Positions 1 through 17,555 of a stretch of DNA of 64,000 bases are shown here, in pieces (positions within the stretch are counted from its first letter, which is position 1; each line of letters begins with the position of its first letter). The notes beneath the pieces are model-generated. The model searched no databases, had not been told where the DNA came from, and saw only the letters and a program-made list of their open reading frames with translations. Where the stretch lies: assembly GCA_965637545.1 (NCBI GenBank), contig OZ281494.1, forward strand, positions 32,488,001 through 32,552,000, read 5' to 3'. The position numbers and the translations under genes are program-made. Source of the DNA: Phallusia mammillata. Its lineage: Eukaryota.

Positions 1-3000
1 TTAAATACAGAAGAAGGGACTCTCAAATACTATATCAAAGATGACGTAATTTTGTTCTCTACATTTTTTTAGGTTTTTCCTATTTGTAGTGAAGATAAAA
101 TTTGGTAATTTTGTTCAGTTTTTACAGAAACAATATATATATTTTTTTGGAACTTAATGTAATTGATAAAGTAGTCTACTTTCTAAATAAATATACAATC
201 TTTTGTATAAACGGCATGAATTTTAAACTTAAAAAGTAAACTATCTTTTGTGTTAGGTTTTCTTTTGCCATGGAAGTAAGTATTTTATGCAACCATTTAA
301 ACAATATCGTTTTTCATGTTTTATGTTTTTGCAGGCAAAAGAACCCAAACAAACAATCCCGTTGGCGTCGTTAAGTGCAACATTAGCTCCGGAAAAAATC
401 AACCATCCCAATGGATTACAGTTTGCATTTAAGACGGACAATCTCACGAGACAAATCTATGTTTATGCAGATGAGGGCAAAGTAAGAAAATTTTGGGGAA
501 TTTTTCTATGCTGTGGGTTTTTTACACATTTGTTTTCCATGAATGCTAAGAACAGAAACCATTGTGCAACTGAAACTTCCTTGCTGTTTCAAAATGTGTG
601 TAAAATTTCCCAACACTGTTTTAGCATCTTAAAAACAGTAGCCAGTTCTGATAAGACCCTAGCTGTTTATCACACAAGTCCTATAATATGGGTTAAATAA
701 CAAATATATGAGCAGATCCAATTGATATGTTTTGTCATTTAGGTGAAAATAAGTAAAAATCATGTCAAATTGGAAGATATTTAAACCTATTGTGCATTTA
801 ATGTTTTGTGTACTAATTATCCAAACCAAAATAACTGACATAAGAAAAAGTTGGTAAAAACCACCCATTGAATACAAACCAAGAATGAAAACATATAAAA
901 ATGATTTTATGTCCATGTTGCACAGTTGTTTCTGTACATAAATTTTTAGTAAGAGTTATATAGTCAGGCACATAATTTTTGGTCACTATGTTAAATCCCA
1001 AAATGGTAAATGCACCATGAGTTGCTCATTTTATGTTGTTTGCACCTGGGTGTTATATAGTATCTAATAGCACTCTAACCATGATTGCTTATCCATTATT
1101 GAGTCTATGCCATTGAATCCCACAGATGCTAATCATTCATGCCAGCATCTGCTGGTTATCGTTGTACATTAGACACTTTTCATGTCGTTAATCATAGTAA
1201 ACTCTTTCAATTAACTTGATTAATCACCTTTGGTATCCACTTCCTGGTATAGAAACATGATGAGCATGTCACTTTTTTATGTTGTGATTTCTCAACATTT
1301 ATTGATAAACAGTGGTTAATTGCTGGAACGTTTGTTTTTTACACAACATAGTGTCATCTTTCATGTTTACCACTATTTTACTGATTAATACAAAAAGGTT
1401 GTCATAGGCTAAATCAAACTAAATACTTGTAGCGATAAATGAACAAATCAGTACTTAGGGTAAAACATTTATCAAACCATTCACAAAAAAGTCACGATGG
1501 TATAATTTTTGCAAGCATGATAATTTTTATAGTTTAAAATCCATGTTTTTTGGCATAAAAGGCAGTTCCAATATTGTTGATTTGATGCACACATGTATAC
1601 TTAGTGTCGAATTATCAGGCTTGTTAGGATTCCAAACAATGCAAATCATTACAATATATACTGGTTATCGCTACAGAATAAATTAATTAATTAAGAAGCA
1701 ATAAGTTTTTTATGGCCCACAATAGCTGATTTATTTAATTTATTTTTTTCTAACCTTTTTTGCCACCAAATGATTACATTAATTAAAGTATTTTGGATTT
1801 GTTAGTGATAGCATTTATAAAGACTATAATCATCTTAAACAACTTAACATTTTGAATAAATGACTAAAATTATGTGTATTTATGCCCAATTAATAGCATG
1901 TAAAGGCTTTTGGATGTTGTTTTGACTGCTGTACGTCTGTGTAGCTATTTAGGTACAACGTCCAGTAGTTATGACTCAAACCCATGTCTCCAACAGTTTT
2001 GTATTGTGACGTAACTGACTCATATTGCGGTATTATGACAAGATAATCATGCATTGTGCTTGTTTGTTTTAAATCCACAGCAACGCTGGTGTGCTGTTTT
2101 TTGATGTTTTTATGAAAACCAATGATTTAGCTTGGGGTTAAAAATTTATTAAAAGTCATTAAAAAAAATAAACTGTTGTCACTGATAAAATAGGCCTTCT
2201 TAAAAGAACAAAGTAATATAGTAACATGCAACATTATATATGAGCGTAATTGTCATGTTTTTGTAAATTATTGTTAGGCACCACGAAAAACAAATTTATA
2301 ATCATTAGTGGACGTCGATTATGCCACAAAGTCTAGTTTGAGCCCATTTCCTTGTGACGTAATGCATAATTATGAAATCATAAAACATGTGATGCACAGT
2401 ATAAAATCCACCCTTCTATTTTTGTACGTGGGGCTTTAAATTGTGATATGTACTGGCATTGCAGGATGCCACTTTATTTTTGTGAATTGGATGAAGTCAT
2501 ATAAAGGTGAAATACCAAATTTGAACTTTTTTCCAACAGTTGTTCTAAAAACCTTTTTGGCACCAGTATTTAAAGTACAAGTCATTTGGATGTACAAAAC
2601 AAAAAATATGGATCAAAAATTGGTTTTAAAACCATTTTTTATGATTCAAATTCTTTCAGCTAAAAAACAGTTTTTTTCTGTGTTTTTAGGACACAGGGGA
2701 TTGGTACATAACATTAAGAGCTTCAGCATTCAACATCCTGAGAAAGACATATCCTGGAATCGACACTGACGTGGTAAAAGCAAATTATTCAAACTCATAT
2801 TACTTATTCTGTCATGCTAACAGATCGTTTCACTGTAGCAAATCAACTACTTGATGTTGTAGATAGTTGTATATTGATAAAGTTTGAAAATATGCTTTAT
2901 ACAGTAACACTTAATGTGGCAGTTTTGCATTTTTGTCTCTATAACAGGTCATAAAGTGTTAACTAAAGATGACCCTAATATCACTTATCACAGGTGTGTT

Positions 3001-3406
3001 TTCACAAAAATGCAAATCTTGTTGACTGTGCAGGTTAAGCCCATTAAAAGTAATATTATCTTTTACCATACATGTGTTATAAATAGGATGTATAACCGTT
3101 TCACGTCTTTACAGTTCATTGTTGTTGTTTTTACAGATTATGGATCGGTTAAACAGCCACCAAGGAAAGGAAGGATGGATGATGAAAACGGGACCAAAGG
3201 TTGGTTGTTTTCATGTCATTGTCTTGTGCAGTTTATGCAACAAGTTAAAGGCCATTTCCTTGGTTTAAAGTTTTTGGGATTTTGAAAGATAATAAAGTTA
3301 ATGCATATATTGACTCTGCTTACTGATTTTATTTTTTTATTTTTTATTTTTTTAAAGATTATCAATACAATACAGTTTTGTAAACTGACGATGCCTGCAT
3401 AGGTGA

Positions 3407-3445
<39 letters not shown>

Positions 3446-5696
3446 TGATTTTAACAACTTCGTGTCTGCTGATTTTGAGCCAGAAGCATTTGCTTCTTAA
3501 TTAATCAATTCCAGTTTTAAGTATTTTTTGTCAAAAATACATTTAATTTTATCGAAATAGCTCGATTTTTTTTCAATTACAAAACACTTCAAACCATCTA
3601 CCTTACGTATTTAGACATACGCCATCAAATTTGGTAACATTGCTTTAAATAGCACCTAATTATTTAAACCTATTAACCTGTCTTGTCACATCATTGCGAC
3701 TTGCAGTTCGTTACATCATCAATTCCTGTGTGACGCTGATACTAAGTTAAACTTTGTTTTGTTTTCTACACAGCACACAGAAGCCTACAGAAGGCGATGG
3801 TTTACGCTGGAAAAGAGAAAACTCCTTTACTTTGCAAATCCTTTGGTATACCATTTAATTGTAGTTTATACTTAACTGGTATTCATTATTTTCAACATGC
3901 TATTTTTATGCATTTACCTCTAAAAAGAGGTTATGTAGTTTGTAATGTGTTTTCATACATTTGGTTCTTCAATGAGGCTCTAATTTCTCCAATATGTTAA
4001 ACAAGTTGGCCATCTAGGGTTATTATAATTCTACTGAACTTGCTAGCTACATTGAATTTTTATTCATTGTTGCTTTTTAGTGCCAATGGAATAACAATTT
4101 ACAGTCACCATCTTAATTGAAAATTTTTTTTCTATATCTTATAAAGTAAAATTAAAAGCTTAGTGAAAACCAAAATCATGAAACTTGTTGGAGAGCTATT
4201 TATAAAAAAAGTAACTTTCAAATTTCATAGAATGTTAATTGCAGAGTTGTTAGTCAGAACGTTTTGGAGCTGGTTCAGGCTCTGTTTCGAATATAATTGG
4301 CTTGATTTAAACCTAACTCTGTGCTTAGCTTCACTAACTTTTGACCTAATTTAGGCTTTGTTTAAAAACACTTCTGGTTTGGGCTAGGTTTTAGCCCTTT
4401 TACAACTGTGATGATTGTGACATGAATTATATTTTTAGGATGCTTATCCAAAAGGTGAAATCTACCTAGGCAGTGGCACTGATGGTTTCATGGTAAGAGA
4501 TGGTTTACCTGCTGGTCAAAATGAACAAGGATTTGGAATTACCATCACTACACCAGAAAGGTGAGAATGTATACCATGGTATTCATGAAAAAATGGGATG
4601 TTTTTTTATGATGTGACAATGTTAAGGTTAAAATAACCATGAATGTTTTGGTGGTATTCTGTTTTTTTTATTAAATCACAATTTTAATGTCTTTTATTTT
4701 TATTTTCTCAAATGTGCAAAATTTTTTTTCAGAAACTTAAAATTGGGACTGAAATCTTTAAAACCTGCGACTAACCATTTTGCTTACAGTTGTGTTGTAC
4801 TTTGTTAGCAAATTTAACTTTAAATCACCTTTTGACAAAACATTTAAAGCACAAATAGAAACATAACAATGGTCTGTTTTTGCAAAAAATAACATGTAAT
4901 TAGTATTACATGATATACCATCAGTTCTACACATGCTTGCCTAATTGTTCTGTAACATCTCAAGTGGAATTGTTGTGCCATAAGTGGTTCAAATAGTCCG
5001 CTATCCAAATGGTAAAATCAATGTTAATTGTATTTGAGTTTAACTTGCCAGTTTTTGTAACTGGATTAAACAATGGAAAGAGGTTTTCCAAAATTAAGTT
5101 ACCTACCACTTTGCTTCCAGTTCAGCTGCCTAATTTGCTTTCTACCAATTTGACTGCAATAAAATTTCGGTATTTTCTGTCCATGTCAAAGTTATTTTAT
5201 GACGTGCAGAGAAAATTGACATACATAATGTATGAACACTATTGTGGGCAAGATTCAAAAATCATGCGAAAAATGTTCTTGTTTAGGCAAAGATATTCAC
5301 CATTTAACAGTATTCAACATGTGTATTTTCGGCTTTTAGTTGTATATCTTAACACATAAAAAAGATATTTTTAATTTTTACTCTCTGAAATTGGCTTTGT
5401 AAATCTATTTGTTAGTTTTTGTATTTCATTTTTTTTAAACCAACTAGGATGGAAAAGCTTTTTTTCTTCGCTTTCTTTTTCTCTCGTCATTTAGTATTAA
5501 TCTTGTCCATTTTTCGGCTCAAATAAAGAACAGGATTTCATTTTTATGCAGAGACTATTTACTATGCTGTGAGGACCAAGAAGAGCAAAGATCGTGGATT
5601 GGCGAAATAAAGAATATTATGACAAAACCTCTGACTTCACAGGATACAGCAGGTGATGTGCACAGGCTGACGAAAAACAAGAAAAAAAGAAATTAA
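1..5696 (+). CDS. ADAP1: ArfGAP with dual PH domains (centaurin-alpha), 3' part; exons 1-45, 335-481, 2690-2773, 3137-3199, 3774-3845, 4439-4560, 5552-5696
   Basis: GT-AG exons join in frame: LNTEEGTLKYYIKDD / AKEPKQTIPLASLSATLAPEKINHPNGLQFAFKTDNLTRQIYVYADEGK / DTGDWYITLRASAFNILRKTYPGIDTDV / IMDRLNSHQGKEGWMMKTGPK / HTEAYRRRWFTLEKRKLLYFANPL / DAYPKGEIYLG...GITITTPER / DYLLCCEDQEEQRSWIGEIKNIMTKPL.... This matches both PH domains of vertebrate ADAP1 as I recall them (AKEPK, EGYMEKTGPK, FRKRWFT). The 5' exons (ArfGAP domain) lie before the window. Confidence 0.93.
3289..3503. mobile_element. MITE-like element with an internal (TA)n microsatellite (3410-3443); same family as 28849-29023, opposite orientation
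   Basis: 3453-3503 (aacaacttcgtgtctgctgattttgagccagaagcatttgcttcttaatta) is a near-perfect reverse complement of 28849-28899. Both copies share the (TA)n tract and the gtttcacctatg..caggcatcgtca segment. The left terminus here is degenerate. Confidence 0.7.
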
Positions 5697-7489
5697 CAAC
5701 AAACAGGAATGCACTAACATGCCAGAATCTACTAATACCAGACTGCAACCGATTTTCAGTGATTGCCTGAAACTATTGCTGCTGTTGTACTAACCCGAAC
5801 CTGCAATGAGTGTTTGTGCATCAAGACTGCTTGGAATTGATGGTGTTTGTTGTCAGAAACTGCAATGCATGCTAGAAATGAACTGTTTGCACTGTCTCTC
5901 CTTCGCATGTGGTACCACTGTTGCAAGAAAATGTACAAACTGGGTGATAAAAAGTGGCTTTGTAACAAAAGCTGCATTAACACTGTGTTTGGCAAAACTA
6001 ATAACAATGTAAAATGCAGCTAAAGCTAATGAAGACTTTGCATGAAAAAGTTTGAACAGTCTGCCTGACAGTTTACATTGTCTCAGACCTACAAGACTAC
6101 AAATTGACATATCAACACCGTCGTAAGTCGACGATAAGAAACAATCTCACAAATCCAACTGGTTGGAGATAAAGTTTTTGAAATACTTGAGGTGTTATTT
6201 CTACTGATGTTTCCATCTTCCTAGCTGTGTCTTTTATTGCAAACATTCCGTTTTTTTGCTTGACTGTTTGTTAGATTTTTTTGTTGCCCTGCTTCCAAAA
6301 CATCATCAAATAACGTAAACAAAATTAGTTAGAAGATACCTCCATTGTTCTCTTTTTCAACATTTCTCAACAAGTCAACTATCTATGCTATATCATTTTG
6401 AATCTTCCTATTTTGAACATCTATTAGATTTTGCCTAATTTTGAAAAAGAGTAATTTGAAAAACAAAACCTGATTTAATAATAGAATAATGGATTTTTCT
6501 TGTGATTAAACATTTTGATACATTTAAAAACTGTTTCTGTTAAAAATTATTTTGACATGACATTTGGTCCCTACATGATATTTGAAAGATTTTTTGCAAA
6601 GGGCAATCTGGATGACCTCTGTTACTGTCTTCCACATTTATTCAATTTACTTTCTTTTGTTTTTTCACGAGTAGATCAATTTTAAAAACTGTGGTTAAGT
6701 GTGATATAGCTCATATCAGTTTAAGTTCACTAACCACAAAATTTCGAGCACCCTTCAGTATGTAACCAATGTTTAGTTTTGCTTTATTGCTGATTTTTCT
6801 GTGCAATTTTAATATGTATAGGTATAATTTATGTAACTAAACGTTTAAAAAGTATATTTAAAGGAACAATCAACTGCAGTTGTTTTAATCAAGGTTAGTT
6901 TTAAAGACTTGGGTTTGCGACAGTGTTTTTTTAACATGGCTTTTTCGATCAAATCCTGTGATTGTTTTTTTACAAACATTTTACCTGGTATTGATATAGG
7001 CCAGTATGTTAAGAATGAAGCATTCTTTATTCTTTATAAATTGAAAGTCTTCAAATAATATATCGTAGCGCACTTTTTGCATTTTTTTTATGTTTCGAAT
7101 ATACGTTGTACTCGTTTTTATGTACTCAGAACAATATGTTATTTAAAAGTTACCTTGTACTCGTGAAAATGCTGTGCAACAAATGAAATACAATCGCCTA
7201 TGTGTGTTCTGTTCTACTTGTGTGGAATATTTAAGTACTAGAGCAGAAAAATGCAATTGAAATTAGTTACGCTTAATTTAAACTTATTTTCCCAAGCGCG
7301 GGAAAATTTATTTTCTTTGTTACGTCACCGCAAATTACTAAACAAATTTTGGTAAGAATACCGGACAAATGGTAAAAAAGTTAAGATTGTTCAGAAGAGA
7401 AATATTTTGCGTAAAATGACATGTAAAAAAACTAAAACCAGGATAATACTAAAACCATTAAACAAAAAACAAGTTTTGTTTTTCACCAT

Positions 7490-7700
7490 AGAAGTCATAA
7501 AAATATGGCGCAGTTGCGTTAATTTTTTTTAGCAAAGTACATTTCCCAAAGTTTTCAAAAAGGTGACGATTTGAAATGAAATTAACTCACATCAGTCGTA
7601 ATTTATACCTAGTGACGTCATAATACAAACATGGCAACTGCGACGCAAATTTACGCTAATGACGTCAGTAGCTCGGTTGCTAGTCTCAAATATCGCGGCA
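7490..7700 (+). promoter_or_regulatory. Probable promoter region of the PP1 gene
   Basis: CpG-richer patch about 0.6 kb upstream of the ATG. It has two perfect CRE palindromes TGACGTCA (7613-7620, 7660-7667) and YY1-like AAATATGGCG/AAACATGGC motifs. Splice-acceptor-like sites at 8241-8242 and 8262-8263 precede the ATG. Confidence 0.5.
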
Positions 7701-8293
7701 GCAGACGTTTGTTGAAATAGTAGAATGTTGACCCGTAGTATTGGGAATGATTTTGTGTTGCGCAAAATGTGCCGATTGCGTCACTTTGTCAACATTTCTG
7801 TGCCGTTGCGTCAGATTGATTTGTTGCTGTGAAGTTTGGTAACGCGATTTAGCGAATCGCAAGCTTTATAATCGAGTTACAATCGATTTGCACTTGCAAA
7901 TGGAACAAACTGCACAGACACGAAACACCTTTTCAACTGTCAGTTTCACCCGTGTTTTTTTGTAGTTGTTTTTCCGCGCTAGTACTTTTAAATAGGAAAC
8001 AACCTTAGGTTTGGTTTAAGAATGTAGTGCATGTTTAAAATCTCCCTTGAAATTAACTTAAACCATTTGTTATTGACCAGCACATAAGATTTGTTTTGTA
8101 CCATATTTGAATGTTTATCACAATAAATGCTTCAAGGTTGTAAGAAACGGCTTTTGTAACTTTTAAATGTCCTGTGCATGCCAACATTGCCAGTAAGTTG
8201 GAAAATTTCAGCCCTTAAATTAATTTAAACTTACCTTTTCAGACCACTGTATGCAAATTGTAGGTTGGGTTGTTTTTTTTGCAAAAAGACAAA

Positions 8294-13625
<5,332 letters not shown>

Positions 13626-14256
13626 AAGTCAACTAAGCACTTAAAAACTGAAAACTCAAATAGTCTTGTGCTCTCTTCAATGTTCAACAGACAATGCAAA
13701 TTGTCACAAGCAATTGTCGGTTATTCAAATCCTGTTGAATCAATTTTACGAGTTGTCTGTGTTATGTTTCCTTTTGTATTTGTGTGATTTTAGTTCCAGT
13801 CAAAACACCAACAGCGTTTTTATACAACTTCGTCACATGGGGGGTCCATTTTCAGTACATATTTTAGTGGTAGAATTTTGCTTCACCAAAAAATACCCAT
13901 ATTGCAAACAAATTTTCTTCCAAAACTTTTTCACTTAACATTTGGGTGTGCTTCAAATTGTCATCTAGAAAATGTCATGTAGTGTAAGTTTTTTCTCCAC
14001 ATTTTGATTTTTTAACAACCAACCTTCTAGGTCTCACCAAACCATAGCCTTTTGGCATCTATCTTTTAGCAATATGTTGTTTTGTACATAATTATCCACT
14101 GGAAAAAAAAGTTTGGTCTTATTTAGTGACAACCTTGTTTTGAAGTTTTAAACTGTTGTACGATTTTATCCGCTTTACTGACTATTGGGCCATTTGCCAT
14201 GTATGTATTTTGCTCCTGTTTTTAGTCTTATGCATTCGTTGTATAATGACACTCGT

Positions 14257-14262
14257 AATAAA
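14257..14262 (+). terminator. Candidate polyadenylation signal of PP1
   Basis: AATAAA about 630 nt after the stop codon, followed by T/G-rich sequence. Confidence 0.5.
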
Positions 14263-14693
14263 ACGAACTGGACAGGGTTCAAAAAAGGTTTATTTCTATG
14301 TGTGATGGTCGACTTGTTTGTTACAGGTGCTTTTTAGTTTATATTTGATAAACAAGAACCAAACAAAGCCTTGATACTTGTAACTAAATCATTAAGGTTC
14401 TAAGTTTACAAGCCCCCTAAAAATGATAATAACTTAAGTATTCGGATGAGCGCACGTGTAAAACGCTGACACCGGTAAAAGTACCGTAATTAAATTGAAA
14501 ATAGGCTCAAAGGTCTGACTCTAAAATAAACAAAAGTGTTTAATTGCAGCAGATATTGTTTTGTCAAGTGTAGGAAAGTTTAGTCATAGTGTAACGTTTT
14601 ACTTGTTTTAGACATCACTAAAGCCTTTACGGCATATATTTTTTTAGAAAAAGAGGTCTGTTTTTACGAACAAAATATCGTTTCTCACTTAAA

Positions 14694-17081
14694 ATGCCGG
14701 TAAGTTTGGCTTATTTATTGTGGGTTTGAAAGCGTTAAATTATGCTGCGGTATGGTTGCCAGTTAATCGAGCAGAGGATATTTCTAAAATGTAACAACAC
14801 TAAATAACTAAAGTCTAAATTATTACTATTTTCAAAAATAATTTCACGTTTTAGGTTAAATAGAATATTTCGAAAGGTTGAAAGCTACCATGCAGTACAA
14901 TCCTTTAATGTCCGCAAACTGCAATCAATTATATTGCTTGTTAATTTAAAATTTCTCAACATGAAGACTTTCAGTTGCCCAACAATTTTAACAATACCAA
15001 GAGAGCCAACAATTAAACAGCAGAATAATTTTGACTTGCCTTTCATGTACACTAATTAAATAGAGAGAATAGTAAAAAAAAGTTTTAACTGGACAGATTT
15101 TTTTGCTATTTACAGCCCAAGGGAAAACAAGGTACGAAAGGAGCAAAGCAAATCAAGCAAGAAAATCAGCAAACTCTGGAATTTTATGCCTACATTGTTA
15201 TTGGAGTTAATGTAAGCACTAGTTGACAATGACTTTGAATATTTTTTTATATTCACTTTTGTTTACTTGTCGATTTAGGTTTTCCAGGTGATTGTCCAAG
15301 TCGCAAGCCATTATGACATTTTCAAAACTGCCAATATTGTAAGTTGAAATGTTAGTTGTTCAATAAACATGTTTCTCTACTACACTAGAATGTAGTTAAA
15401 TTATAAGACTTGTAGTTGTTAACAGCACGCCGCCGTAATCAATTATGTTTATATAGGAGTGATTACCCTTTTCATTGTTGCAGGGATGGTTTTTATTTTC
15501 AACACTTATTTATGCAATCTGCGCTAAAATGATGACCTCCATGGCTTCAAGTGGTTTGGATTTAAACATGGAGTCAGGAATGTCAGAGTAAGTACCAAAA
15601 CAATGTAAATGGTTCATGTATTGTAAGTTTGCTGTATTTTTGCAATTAAGGCTTCTGCATTTAAATCTAACAGTCTCGTTTTGTAAAATTAGGTGGGCTA
15701 TGGACAGTTAGTCACACATTGAATACATGGTTGGGTAAAAATATTATATTTTCTGTATTTAAGTATGTATTAGTTTTCGGCTGTGAGTTTTGAAACACAC
15801 ATTCTAAAGCAATACAGTAATACTACTGCATCCAAATAAGCTTAGGGATGACACAAATGTTACAAAATCTTTCTTGTATTTCACAGACATGTAAAAGACA
15901 TCCTACTGGTGACAGCTGTTTGTCAAGCTACAAGTTGTTACTCGTATTACTGCTGGCTCATGTGGCTTGTGGTATGTATTATAACAGGGCTACTCTAATG
16001 GTGGCCCGTGGTCCAAATCCGGCCCTTTGGGGCGTTGGATTTGGACCCCGACGGTCTTTTGATTGCGGCCACATGCGCTATATTGTGTGTTAATTTCTTG
16101 ATAGTTGCTATGTATCGACAGTTAACTCAAGTCCGCATATCGATTCTCGGAGTACTGCTAGGAGCATGAAGTATTTCCAAACTCCAATAAACTATTAACG
16201 AAACGGCAATTGTTTCCGCACAATTGTATCTATGACGCAATAACTGAATTTTGAATTACTACCTTAGGGCTTAGGAAGTAATCCTGCAAAATTAGACAAA
16301 CTGTGTTTTGTATGTCGTCGTGCCAAAAATTAATTTATGGTCAGTGCCCAATTCAAGCTTTTGTTTTGCTGACAGAAACATTTGACTTGAAGAAATGTGT
16401 TTATTTTGTACCACTATTTTCCTCATTATCTATAACCAAAGTTGGCTAAGACATGTTGCATTATTTACAGATGTGTCTGGACCTTTGGTATTTTTACCTT
16501 TCCTATCTGGACCTTTCACAAAACTAATTGAGTAGCCCTGTATTATAAGATACGGAAGAGTGCTGAACTAGTCTAAAATGTCCGAATCTATTTTTTAGGC
16601 TTGATGCCAAGGAAAATGTTGCAAAAACATAACAAGCATCATGAAATGTTTATGTTGTAAATTTTAAATTTGGTGAAAAACCACACATTGTATTTGATGT
16701 TTTTACCTATTACATACAAGTCTTAAGCTTAATACACTGCACAACATTATGATATGTTTCACCTAAAATGTTTTTAGTTGGAAGTACACTAAACTTTTCA
16801 TGGTGTTTTGTATCACCCTTAAAACAACTCCTATTAGAAAATAATTGTATTAAACAGGTTTCCCAACAATTCTAGAAATTAGGATTTTTAATCAAGTTAA
16901 ACATTTTATAATCCTTTGCCAAAACAACAGTCACATTTCCATAAACTTTTTATCTTACATTTAGGTTCCAGGAGTAGCACTGCAAAAGCTTTGGGTAAAC
17001 GTACTAGCTCCATGGATATTCCAAGAACCAGTGGAACTGACAGAAAAACAAAAGAAGAAATTGGAGAAAAAGAGGAGATAA
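14694..17081 (+). CDS. TMEM208: Transmembrane protein 208 (SND2 family), 155 aa; exons 14694-14699, 15116-15211, 15279-15338, 15484-15587, 15887-15971, 16965-17081
   Basis: Spliced product: MP / PKGKQGTKGAKQIKQENQQTLEFYAYIVIGVN / VFQVIVQVASHYDIFKTANI / GWFLFSTLIYAICAKMMTSMASSGLDLNMESGMSE / HVKDILLVTAVCQATSCYSYYCWLMWLV / VPGVALQKLWVNVLAPWIFQEPVELTEKQKKKLEKKRR*. Matches TMEM208 signatures (PKGK.GT.G.KQI..EN, DLNME.GM.E, KD.ILLT, LWVNVL.PW). All junctions are GT-AG and in phase. Confidence 0.95.
15985..16540. mobile_element. Non-autonomous hAT element (556 bp) in TMEM208 intron 5
   Basis: TIR cagggctactc / gagtagccctg; perfect 8-bp TSD tattataa at 15977-15984 and 16541-16548; subterminal gggcc/ggccc motifs. 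Confidence 0.88.
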
Positions 17082-17549
17082 ATTCCTTCTTTGGTTATAC
17101 TTTTTTGCTTTTATTCGCGAGTTTAGGAAAGTTATTAATTGTTGTGCCCTCTTATGTTGTTGTGTGGGATATTGCAAGGAATGTTTTTGACAATCAGGTG
17201 CTTATTCACCATTTGTGTAAACTTTTTTGTTTGCTTTGGGTAGTTAATTGTCAATATGTAAAGTTTTTCTCAAAATATTGTAAAAATTAGATTTTAAATA
17301 TATTTCTGCATGATGACATATTCACGTTTTGGTACTAATCCACAAAATCCGGGTAGAATTGTTTGTATTTTCTCTAACTTTTACTAACTATGCCAAAATG
17401 GCGGTTCAGGTTATTACCTTGTGTGGATTTCACAAGAAACTGCCAAAATTGTGTGTAATTCACTTAGGTCTAGCTGCTAGACTCTAGCATGTTTGAAGGA
17501 TACAGTATGTTCAATTTTGATGGAATTTCTAGGTTATTGTAAATTGTGC

Positions 17550-17555
17550 AATAAA
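17550..17555 (+). terminator. Candidate polyadenylation signal of TMEM208
   Basis: AATAAA about 470 nt after the stop codon. Confidence 0.45.

Noticed and set aside
5756-6110. Several 68-85 aa ORFs downstream of ADAP1
   Set aside because: No frame gives a recognisable protein; most simply the ADAP1 3' UTR.
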